Of a DNA stretch of 64,000 nt, positions 26,640 through 37,530 are shown piece by piece. A program made the translations under genes and the position numbers. Numbering within the stretch: the first letter of the stretch is position 1; each line of letters starts with the position of its first letter. Below the pieces are notes generated by a model, which saw only the letters and a program-made list of their open reading frames with translations, was not told where the DNA came from and ran no database searches. Location: the NCBI GenBank assembly GCA_977016875.1, contig CDRNST010000083.1, forward strand, positions 930,001 through 994,000, written 5' to 3'. Origin of the DNA: Pavona decussata. Its lineage: Eukaryota.

Positions 26640-28835
26640 CTATTTCGGGCGAGGAAAGCTGTGTACTTCAGGAAGTTGTCCATATTCATCGTAAGAACTT
26701 CTTCTGTTTCCTCGACTGTAATATCCTCTCCTTGCAGCAGCATCATAGTCATCAGTTAGCTCATCATACCCTCTGTTCTGGTTACCCTGTCTCCCCTGCT
26801 CACTTCTGAAATTACCCTCATTAAGAATTCGTTCACGAGGCCAGTTGTCATCTACAGGTGGTCTAGTTTCTCTCATTCTCATTTTTTTCAGCGTAAAGGC
26901 AAGATCGGCTGCTTTATTCGGCAGAACTGTGCATGACTTGGTTTCCTGTTCAAACCCCCGAGCGGAAACTGTGACTTCATAGGAGCCTGGAACTAGCAAT
27001 CGCCAGAAGTCTCCATCACGCGCTGTGAACACATCATGGCGGCGATTGGCTACAGATATTCTCGCTCCGTCAATTGGTTCGCCATCTTCATCCTTCACAA
27101 AACCGTGAACACCAGTGTGAACCTAGCAGCAAGAAAGTTTGTTACAGTTAGAAAACATAATCTCAAGAACCTACCCTAAACCTAAAGTTTTATTCAGTTT
27201 TTGGTTTTAAAATATTGAAAAAACACAAAAATATATTTACTCCTGTTTACTCCTAGACTTGAAGATACGAATAAAACCATAACATTTAGAGGTATAAAAA
27301 CAAAACAAACTGACCTGGGATGTCTGTTGTAATAATTCTTCAGCCATTCTGAAGCAAAAACTAGCTCTATATATTTGTTTATTTAAAGAACGCACAACTT
27401 ATCACTATCACTGGACGTATTTGTAACAGTCAATATCAATTTGACAGTTGTTATGGGCTTTCCATCTTCACTTATTGTAGACATTGAACTGATAGTGTAA
27501 TTAGAAATAAAATGGTGTCAAAGTTCCTCTGATTGTCGTTGTTTTTTTTTTTCTTCAGCCCAGTTGTTTCCAGTGTAGTCGAACAGCTACCCAGCATCCC
27601 TTTTTAGAATACCAAAAATCAGTTAGTAATACCCATCACATAATTCACTTTACCTGCTCTATATAATTGAGGAGTGCTTCTTTGTTCTCTTGCCAATATT
27701 CCGGTAGTTCACTCGCATTAGGAAACTTCTGGCAGCCAAGCTCCAGCGTTATATCAAAGCAGTTCGAGTGTACGTAGTTATAATCTTGCATCCCTCCTAA
27801 CACGCTAAACCACTTAGCACCATTAGTTATTCCATCAATGAAATGCTCGCGCGGAATGTCTTTACACTTCCAAGGTGCGTTTGCCAGGTGCATTGTGGGA
27901 TGCACTTCTGAATAAGAACGAGCAAGTTGCCTGAACACGTCATCATCCGGGGTAGCACTGTACACGCTCTGTCCCGAGGGATTATCATCATACGGGTAGT
28001 TTGCCACGAGAGCGCCGCTGTGCAGACTAGCTGACAGAACAAAGGGAATTGACTTAATCCACTTAATAACAGCTCGAGTTTCAGGTTGAGGAGGTCCGCT
28101 CGTGCTCGGAAAAAACTGGTCGGGAAAATTTCGATTCAAGTCCACACCGTTCGCGTTTGTACGACTTGATTTCCACTGGTCTTCGATAGAGGTGGCGGCC
28201 ATTTCATATCCATCGGGATTCATGCTCGGCATAATGTGGATTCTTGTCGTGTCCACAATGTTGGTAACTCTTCCGTTCACGCCGTAATTTTTACACAAGT
28301 ACTTGATAAGGTGAAGCAACATCTCTTTTCCTATAGCCTCATCTCCATGCATGTTAGCCACATATTTAAATTCAGGCTCCCCTGGATTATGTTGTCCTGG
28401 GTTGTTAGAAATTTCCATGACCCAGAGTTTCCGGTTTTGTACCGAGCTGCCGATATCATACAAGCGCGCTATTTTACTATACTTCTTTGCATAGTCCTTT
28501 AACAGCCATGTCATTTCTTCATAGTTGTGATGTCTGAAGCTGCTGTTCTTCTCAAGGATCTCGTCTTTGCCGGACTCACTTTCTAACTCCTTGAGCGTGG
28601 ATTTGGCGATTTCTTGGTTGTGTTCCTTAAAGTTTTCCTTGGCGTCTGCTAATTTATGTTTGAGTTCCTTCATTGCTGCAAAAGCATCTGTTTTCTTACT
28701 TTCCTGTTTTCCATCAACCAGTTGGCTCTCGTGTTTTGGAGTTTTTGCTCCCTTTTCAGGCGGTTTTCCCAATGTAGTAAGTGCCAAACTTTGAAAGACC
28801 AGAAACAATGTCAACAGGTTGAGATGAACCGCCAT
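26640..28835 (-). CDS. Secreted M14B metallocarboxypeptidase A (single-domain CPD/CPE-like), about 554 aa
   Basis: Exons 27654-28835 and 26640-27122; signal peptide MAVHLNLLTLFLVFQSLALTTLG; motifs NMHGDE, DLNRNFP, SLHSG, PDDDVFR, GGMQDYNY, ITLELGC; transthyretin-like domain GDFWRLLVPGSY. Confidence 0.93.
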
Positions 28836-29837
28836 GATCACTGCTGTGTTTCCTGAAGACCGGCAAAACATACAATGAGCTCCGAGTTGTTTCTCAGTTG
28901 ACAATCAATTCAGCGTGTAGTTAGTAGCTCTGAGGTCAGTATTGGGAGTGGTTAATAGAGAACCACTCCCTTGAAACATTGGATAATGATGTACATTTTA
29001 CACATCGCATCATGGTCACACATTAGTATATGATCAACGACGACGTATCGGTTTACTCTCGCCAAATTTGATTCTTTACTAAACTATCAAAAGCTTTGTA
29101 GGTAAAATCCGACACAAATTTTCCTTCTCTATCTGATGTTATTTTTTTATTTCTTTTCTTTTTTTCTTACTTATTAATATGTTTTCGTATTAGGACTGTA
29201 AAACACATCTTTCAATATTTGTTTGGTTTTAAAGTCTAAATTATCAGGGCACCTGCTGTGAAGCGACAGGTTAAAGATTCTACCTGCTCACCTTTTAGCA
29301 CACAGATAAGTTATCAGAAAGCCTTGTAAACATATGTTGTTTGATTTAAAAACAAATATTAGCAAAATAATGCAACCCATAGCCTATCATATAATATTAT
29401 CATTAATTTGGATCAATATTACCTTTGGACCAACTAGCGAGTTTAATTTGTCGGCGTTGCTTCGGAACTTATGGACTTAATGGAAACAAAACTACACTAC
29501 CATTCAATATTTTTCCTGTCAATAAGAAAAAAAAATTCCACTAACCTGTCGCTAAGACAAAATCAGCGCTCGCTTTCCCTTTAAATGAGTAAAGACTATA
29601 AATTGCTTGTGTTACAAGAAAGTGTTTATTACAGCCACACCCCACGCGACCAGGGTAAGATCTAAATAAAGATGGTTTATGAACTGCTAAGTTCAGTTAA
29701 TGGAGAAATGATCTAACACAAATGTTTTGGAGTTAAATTTCAAGGCAGAACCCTTTTGACTGCGAGAGAGATTGCATGAGATAGCGAACAAGGTTTTTTA
29801 TTTTCCCTGTTTGTCAGTCAACAAGAAGTTAACCAGC
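28836..29837. promoter_or_regulatory. Putative bidirectional promoter between the divergent carboxypeptidases
   Basis: Start codons 1 kb apart; palindrome GGGAGTGGTT-N7-AACCACTCCC at 28944-28970; CACCC box GCCACACCC at 29634-29642. Confidence 0.55.
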
Positions 29838-32800
29838 ATGTATTATACCTCAGTGGTTGTAGTATTCGCTGTTATTCTAATTGCCAATTTTGTAAACAGT
29901 ACTCCCTTATTGAGAAGAATGCTAGACATGTTTCATGGAGGCGTCGAACAGAAAGAATCACACCAACAAAGTGTCGACATCTTAAATGTGGACGAGTTTA
30001 AACACCACGACTACGAAGAGATGACTTGGTTTTTGAAATACTTTGCAAAGAAGTATCCGGACATTACCAGGCTGTACTCCATCGGGTATAGCGTTCAGAA
30101 CCGAAAGCTATGGGTGATGGAGATTTCAGACAATCCAGGGAAACACGAACCAGGTGAACCTGAAGTGAAATACATTGGTAACATTCATGGCAATGAGGCC
30201 CTGGGTCGAGAATTGTTATTGCAAGTGATCAAGTACCTATGCGATAACTATGCTAGCGATGCTGAAGTTAAGACACTCGTGGATACAACGGGAATTCATA
30301 TTCTACCAAGCATGAATCCAGATGGCTATGAGATGGCAGCTGTTCGAGGCAAAGAAAATAAACTGATTGGGAAGAGAAACGCTCGCCGAGTCGACTTGAA
30401 CAGGAATTTTCCGGATCAATTCTTTCCCAGTACCACTGGTCCACCACAGTTGGAGGTTAAAGCAGTGATGGAATGGATCAAGGAATATCCATTTGTATTA
30501 TCCGCTAGTCTACACAGTGGTGCGTTAGTGGCTCTGTATCCTTACGATGATTCACCCTCAGGACAGAGCTTATACAGTGCTACGCCTGATGATGATGTGT
30601 TCAGGCGACTGGCAAAGACATATTCACAGGTACCCTGTAGTTAGCAAAGAAGCTAGTCTCCATGTAACGCGTAAGACAGGCAAGGCGAAGGGTACCCTAT
30701 AGCGCCTAAGGAACACGTGGGACGTGGGCGTTAAATTCACGTCGCGCGTGACTGGCCTGCTATGGAGAGGACCCGGCCAGTCAAGTCCCCTGCGGTTCAA
30801 TCTGGATGGATGTCATACTGCCCTTAGTCAGGAAAGCTTATGACACATGTTCCGGTGGCTTGTTCCGTCAGTATTGGTAAAATCAACTGTCCCAGAGTAG
30901 TTTTTGGCAAACTTCTCTTTGTGTATTCTCTGTACTATATTTTCTGGTTTATAAGATCCGAGATTTTATTGACTTGTTTAAAACTCGAGCTTATCAACTC
31001 TTAGCAGGGCTGTCTTTGTTCTACAGGCACACCCTGTAATGCACTTGGCCAACCCTAAGTGGAACTGCACCGGTCAAAAAGAAGAGCACTTCATAGACGG
31101 CATCACCAATGGTGCCAGTTGGTCGAGCCTGTCAGGAGGCATGCAGGACTACAACTATGTTCACTCAAACTGCTTTGAAGTAACCTTGGAACTCGGCTGT
31201 GATCGGTTTCCTAAAGATAGCGACTTAAAGAAGTATTGGGTTGATAACAAAAAGCCTTTGATCGAACTGATGCAACAGGTGAGTTCGCGCGCGGTCCATA
31301 AATCAACGGGAAAAACGAAGATCCGTAACTTACAGTACGGACCGGAAAAACGGGGTTAGTAAGATATTTATTATATCTCTGAGGTTTATCACGTGAAAAC
31401 TTATGATAATTTTACATGCGTTTGAGATATTCAATCAGCTGCTGACACGTCACTCGCTTTACTTCGCGCCACTCCTTAGAAGCAATGAATGAATGGCTAC
31501 GCGTTCTCCTTCTCAGGCTGAGTTGCACGAGTTGCGCCTTTGCCAAAAATATTTTCGATATGACTTCAAACGATGCTCTTGCAACTTTCTGTTTATACAT
31601 CTTCATATTGTTGACTAATTCGTTTAGTGATTCTGACCGTAGCTCAGTTAATTACAGTCGAACCTGTATTAAACGGCAAGCCTCCCCCTCACCTCAGCGA
31701 TTTTTCTCGAAAGAACGAAAACAGATAATAATAATCTTTTGTTAGGAAGCTTCCGTTCACTAAACGTGGTTTTCAGAAAGGTCCTATAAAGATTAAATAT
31801 ACAAAAGGCTAAAAAAATACAATATATAAGACAAAATTACAAAATGATAAAAACAGCAATTCAAACTAGAAGCTGAAACTACAAAGATATCATCGATGGG
31901 TTAAGTTAGTTAGTTAGTAAAGGTGTTGTCTGCTCAATCCTTCCATTTAAGAAACTAAGGTACAACTTTCCTCTTGAGGACAAATATTTTCAAAAGGTTT
32001 GACTTAGAACCTTCAAAGGAGTTAAACCTTAAAAAAGGAGGGTGTTGGGGATTTTGAGAATCTCAATTCCATGAACCGCACAGTATGTATGAGCTTTTTG
32101 CGTCCTGTATGAACATAAGTCAATCTAATGTTACCTGTGTCGAATCCAAGGTGCATTATGGCGTCCGTGGATTCGTCAAAAACACCAATGGTGAGCCTCT
32201 CTCTGATGCAACCATTAGCGTCGCTGATCGTCGTCATGACGTCACTTCCGCTAAGGACGGAGATTACTGGCGCCTACTAGTGCCAGGCTCCTATGAAATC
32301 ACGGCCAGAGTAAACGGTTACCAGCCCCAAACGCATCTGGTAGAGTTACACGCGTCAGAAGGAAAGGTGGTTAACTTTACGTTAAAGCGAAACCAGGAGG
32401 ATCAAAAAAAACTATCATTTGAGACAAATGAAGATGACTTGTTGGACAGGGTTATGGTGAGTATTCCCGTTTTGTAAAGAAAGCGAGCTCTCAAAAGCAA
32501 GAAAACTACAACAGACGGGAACTGATAAAGTAGCTCTAATCTATCCCACTGCGGGGGAGAACTGACTTCTGTTTAATTGAAAAGTTCTGCTAACGATCCG
32601 TTAACATTTGCCAAAAATTCCATTGTTTGAATATCACCCGTCTAATTTGAATGCTTTATCTTCACCTGCCACTCCTCCCTTTTGGAAAGCGGGACTTCAG
32701 AACAAAAGAAAAATTAGCTAACGCTACACGTACTGGAGAAAGGGTAGCAAAACCTAAGCAAAATTCCAGACAAATTAGATTACGCTTGCAACCATAAAAA

Positions 32801-33027
32801 AAAAAAAAAAAATAATAATAATGATAATAATAATATGGGGCTTTGGCTTTTCCTTAAAGTACAGTTTAAAAAAGGAGAAAATTTTTATTTCATGTGGTGA
32901 AAGAGTACCCCTCCCTTCCCCCCCCCCCTCCCCCCAATGAAAAGTACTTAGAAAAGTACGTGTTTTGTGATAGGCTGGTGGCTACGTGACAGAAGAGACT
33001 GCTGATCCAAGAGAACGCATTCCATAG
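29838..33027 (+). CDS. Secreted M14B metallocarboxypeptidase B (single-domain CPD/CPE-like)
   Basis: Exons 29838-30629, 31027-31278, 32151-32456 and probably 32974-33027 (TAG); signal peptide MYYTSVVVVFAVILIANFVNS; motifs NIHGNE, DLNRNFP, SLHSG, GGMQDYNY, VTLELGC, GDYWRLLVPGSY. Confidence 0.92.
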
Positions 33028-33600
33028 CCAAATCATGGCGACAGAGAAGAGCAACCAGAAGACAGACACGTGCTACATCCGGGGATGACTGACAGGTAAG
33101 TGAGTAGTCGGCACCGATGCAGTAAGCTCGTAACCGCCATCCTTCGTGCAACACGTTTGACTGTCAAGATTCGCCGTTGCGTCGGTTACTTCCCAAGGGA
33201 CCAGAAATATGAAGAACGTAGCAATTTTGAGAAAGGATAGTGTAATATATGTTATAATAGGAAGTGAGATATAAGTGGGAAGAGTGAATAAGATTTGTCT
33301 GGTTGAAAACGTTGCTTAATGGCGTGGCTAGCAAATAGTCTACTTTTGATAAGCGATGGGGGGGGGGGGGGGGGAGTGAAGGTATTACAAGTAAGCACTA
33401 TTGTTCCCTGGGCAGTTGTTATTCAGTCCTCCACAGTGGAAAGACCCTTGTCCGAACTTTTGGTCACAAAAAAGGCCCGTGCTCTTCCATATTATTTAAT
33501 TTAGTTATTTTAATGATGGATTACCAATGTAGATACGGGTTTGGCTTTGGACGGAGGTTCCATCAAATCATTTCTTTAATATTTACCTCTTTCTATTAAG

Positions 33601-34174
33601 GACCAGGCTGTTTCTTGAAGACCAGTTGCTTGAGGGCGAAACTTCACGGGATGGTGGATCAACTGCGGGAATCAAAACTGGTGAAATGTCTGGTGAAGGA
33701 GAGGGAAGTGGCGCAGAGAACTCTTCGCATGACAAGCGGGAAGTGATGCCCAAGGCTTCCCCTGCCAAAACACCGATAAAACCAAAAGCAAAGGAGAGGA
33801 GTAACAACACTAAAGATTCTCCTTCTTTGAAATCCAAACCACGCAATGCTGTCGAAAAGAAGCCACCTCAAGTTGCCAAGAAGGTGGTTCTGGCTAAACA
33901 AGGTGCGACTGACAAACGATTCTCAAAGCTGATTGGTTCGACCGTAGCTTGCCGTATGGCCGGCAAAAAGATATTGGTAACTGGAAACCTGAGATGGGTG
34001 GGGCACTTGCCGCAACTGCCAGTAGATGATGCTCATCTCATAGCAGGAGTCGAGCTGTTAGCTGATAATAAACTGGGAACTGATGGTACATACCGAGGAG
34101 TGCGCTATTTCAACAGCGCTCCGAAGCGTGGCTACTTCTTCAGACTAAAGGACTGCAAAGCTGTCAAGCATTAA
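33601..34174 (+). CDS. Exon encoding a Lys/Pro-rich linker and a CYLD-type CAP-Gly domain
   Basis: GNLRWVG...IAGVEL...GTDGTYRGVRYF...GYFFRLKDC; acceptor TTCTATTAAG at 33600; phase 2, matching donor GTAAGT at 33096. Confidence 0.85.
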
Positions 34175-35052
34175 TTAATTTAGAAATGACCGCGCCACAA
34201 TATATTTGTTCAACCACATCATAGTTAATTGAGGGACCGGTTATGAAAAGTTCCCACCTTCCCACAATGGAGCTGCAATTTTTGCTGGAAGGGCCGCGAC
34301 CATGCACAATCCTTTGTGTTAACGTTCACACTAGAAGAACGTTTCTAATATCAAGGCCAAAAATGCTAACAAACAAATGTATAACAAAGACGTTTGTCAG
34401 GTTTCTTATTTTTCAGTTAACTCGGTTTTCTCTCTTCTTTTCGAAACTGGTGGCGGCTTTGATTGTAACAGGGGAGAATGAAATTTATTCCCTTCGACTT
34501 AGTCCCCCACAAAGACCCCTTAGAAGATTTAAAGTGTTCAGTGTTGTATCAAGTCTTGCTTTTCTTTTGAACATCAAGTTTTTCCCTCAAAAAACTCACT
34601 GCCGTTCAATCCATTCTTCGAGTTGTGTCTTGGCAAGGTGGAACCACGAGAAGACCATGAACATTATTTTATTTTAACCGCATTTTGCCGAACAAGCGGT
34701 GAAAAATATTATTTATACCAAATGTACCATTGTAAGGTGCATTATTAAAAAGCCTGTTAGAAAGACATTACTGACGTCGTTTGAAAGTAAATCTATTTAC
34801 TACAAACGCCAAAATATCTTTACTTTCCCTAATTACTCGGGCCGTAAGGCGGACCGAGTTAAGGTTTCGGTAGCATTATCAAATTCTTTTTTCTCTTTGG
34901 GGTCGCGATGGACGGAGAGATAAGACTTCGGGCCACGAGTTATTGTTCTCGGTCTCGTTTTTTGTACTCGAGTGGAACGAGTAAAGTTTTCGGTGGCGTT
35001 ATCAAATTCTTCGCGTTCTTTGTACTCGGGCCGTGAGGCGCCGAGTTAAGTA

Positions 35053-35128
35053 ATCGGGGAAGGGGAGGGGAGGGTCCCGAACTCCCTCATTTTTTTCGCT
35101 TCCTAAGCTCCCCCTCCCTTTCCCCGAT
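35053..35128. repeat. Short inverted-repeat (mini-MITE) element
   Basis: ATCGGGGAAGGGGAGGGG / CCCCTCCCTTTCCCCGAT. Confidence 0.55.
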
Positions 35129-35939
35129 GTATTCTGCGAGTCACTATTCTTTCGAATCAAAACATTTGGCGTCGGTTGTGAAGCGTTCGTGAACGTTTCC
35201 CTTAGCGCAGAGAGGGTTCTGGAGTCGTTAGAACAAAAAGGTGAAGGCAATGATAGCATGTCGAGTGGCGAAGAAAGCTAAAACGTAGCCCGTGGATATA
35301 GGATAAGAGAAGAGGAGGTAGCTTGAACATGTTCAAAGAATTCCAAAGATTCGAATGCAGACCTCACCGCAAGCAACGCGAATGTTTTACAGAAGAAGAA
35401 TGGTCATGTCGAATCGAGCGATCGATCGCAAGTGCACGCGAGGAAGACGGGAAAAGAGAAACAGTTTTTGACTAGCTTTGATTTGGGTGACCACAATAAG
35501 ACTTAATTTTCCAATTTGACGTTATAGAAATGTAATCGGTGGCGCGATCGCTATCATGTCACACTCAGTCCTGCGATGACCATTCTCGTGTGCCGGAAAA
35601 ATCCTGACCCTTCATGGGTTATCGCGCGGAGTATTTTTATTACAAAACGCGAAACAAGGCACGTGCAGAAAAATTGGTGGACCAAGGAATACATCACGCA
35701 CGACAAAATCATGCGAACGTACTTGCAATTTTGTCATCAGTTTTTGAATTTGTTCAAGAAGGAAACCGTTTTGTCAACAAACTTCTTTAATTTGTGCCCT
35801 AGCCTGCTCACAGAGCTTTGTTTGACTAAATCATGTTTCATATCGTTAACACATGCGAGTAAAAGAATTTGAGCTTACATGGATAAGTTGATATTAGAGT
35901 GTTTATGTCGGTGTATACTAAATAGGAGAATAAGAAATT

Positions 35940-36830
35940 GTCAATTGTACAGAAATTTCTATCCGTCGTTCGACAAATGCTTCCCCAAGAACCACCCAAT
36001 AAACAAGATCTTCAACAGACAGACACTAAAACTCAGCTACTCATGCATGCTAAACATGAAAACCATCATCTTATCACATAAAAAACCAGATACTCTCAAA
36101 TGTAGCAACAACCCCAAACCAAAATCATGACCCGAGCTGCAACTGCAGGAAGTAAGCAGAATGCCCTCTTAATGGTAAATGCCTCCAAGCGAACGACGGT
36201 AACAACAACTGAATCGTACGTGGGATTGGCACAACACATTCTTCCGAAACGCCAACAGACGCAATGCAACAGAACTATCTGAACAATATATGGACCCTGA
36301 CGGACGCAAACAAAACATTTCTAATTAAATGGAAAGTACTCAAAAAGTTCAAACCCGATAATAACATTAACAAGAAATGTAACCTATGTCTTCACGAAAA
36401 GTTTATTTCCGTAGAAAAGATCTTAGTAGCCTGAACAAACGCAATGAATTACTTCGTCCAAACCCCTACGGAAATAGATATGTACTCAAAACCTCTCGAA
36501 AAACGTAAAGTAACCGTTTGTATCATGGCACGTGAATTGTATCACGCTTGTTTTAAATCACCAGTTCGAATGATTTCATAAATCCATACCCTCATATAAA
36601 TAGATACGTACCAAAAACCTCTTGTATAACGTAACGTAACCGTTTGTATCATGGCACGTGAACTCTCTCACGGCACGTGGAATTGTATCTTATCGCCTAG
36701 CAGCTGCTTGCTTTAAATCACCAGTTTTTGATTACTTTATATACTTTACGGTCATTCGTTGAAGTTGCGTGATGAGTGTGGTCAGCTCCTGACCATATAC
36801 GAAACAGAACTGTAGCAATAAAACGATGAA
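35940..36830 (+). mobile_element. 5'-truncated, decayed Penelope-like retroelement (RT C-terminus and GIY-YIG region)
   Basis: [70 protein letters not shown] with stops and frameshifts; 3' direct repeat GTAACCGTTTGTATCATGGCACGTGAA; terminal hammerhead. Confidence 0.85.
36764..36819 (+). ncRNA. Degenerate type I hammerhead ribozyme at the Penelope 3' end (C3G)
   Basis: GUUGC-GUGAUGA-GUGUGGUCAG(cuc)CUGACCAUAUAC-GAAACAG(aa)CUGUA-GCAAU. Confidence 0.7.
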
Positions 36831-37056
36831 TCACTTCTGGGGCCTGAACTATTTTTTTCCTGGGTGTACATCTCCGTCTATTTCTATCGATTTTGGGGAG
36901 TCAGCGATGCTGAAAGTTATCACTGCTAAAGTGAAGGTGAAAGATCGTTGGCTTACGCACCACGCAGTCAAATATGGCTCGAGTATAAGCTGAAAACAGC
37001 TTCTTGTTATTGAGCAATCCACAGTCCTATGTTTAATCACCATTCCATAATTCCTT

Positions 37057-37159
37057 GGGGATCATTTCGGGGTCGACAAGAAGAAAAGTGTGGATCATTT
37101 TGGGGTCGGGATCATTTCGGGATCATTTCGGGATCATTTCAGGGTTGGGGATCATTTCG
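37057..37159. repeat. Tandem GGGATCATTTC repeat cluster
   Basis: About 7 copies of GATCATTT. Confidence 0.8.
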
Positions 37160-37530
37160 GGGTCGCGATCATTTCGGGGGCTGAACAGGTCTTCAAAGCA
37201 TGGCGATAATAAAGATGAAAATACAGTTTGGATTCCAGATTCACTAGTCAAAGAAGCAAATACGTTACAGTTTACAAGCACACGATCTTGTTCTATTAAC
37301 AACAGTTGGTATGATGTAATAAATGCCCTTGTCTTTACATGTAATTAACATCGATTTACGAAAAGACCACGTTCTCGAGTTGACTTTGTAACCAGGCTCT
37401 CTTACTTATCAGCCCAGCCTTCTCTGGAACCCAGACCCCTACAAGTGTTCATTCCCTTTTTTTCGCCCGACCGACCCACCATCACGAGACGGGGCCATCG
37501 TAGAAACGAAATATTTTGTTGGGATGGCCC

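Noticed and set aside
28102-28856. Plus-strand ORFs over carboxypeptidase A
   Set aside because: Antisense shadows of a real CDS with no motifs
28836-28904. ORF-track N-terminal extensions of both carboxypeptidases (also 29772-29837)
   Set aside because: They begin at TTG; the downstream ATGs give clean signal peptides
33025-33027. Selenocysteine or pyrrolysine recoding of the internal stop
   Set aside because: The codon is TAG, not TGA; no SECIS was recognised; pyrrolysine is not used in animals
34243-34677. 144-aa ORF after the CAP-Gly exon
   Set aside because: UTR-like composition, no motif or splice support
37055-37348. 97-aa ORF with GIISG repeats
   Set aside because: Translation of the GGGATCATTTC tandem repeat
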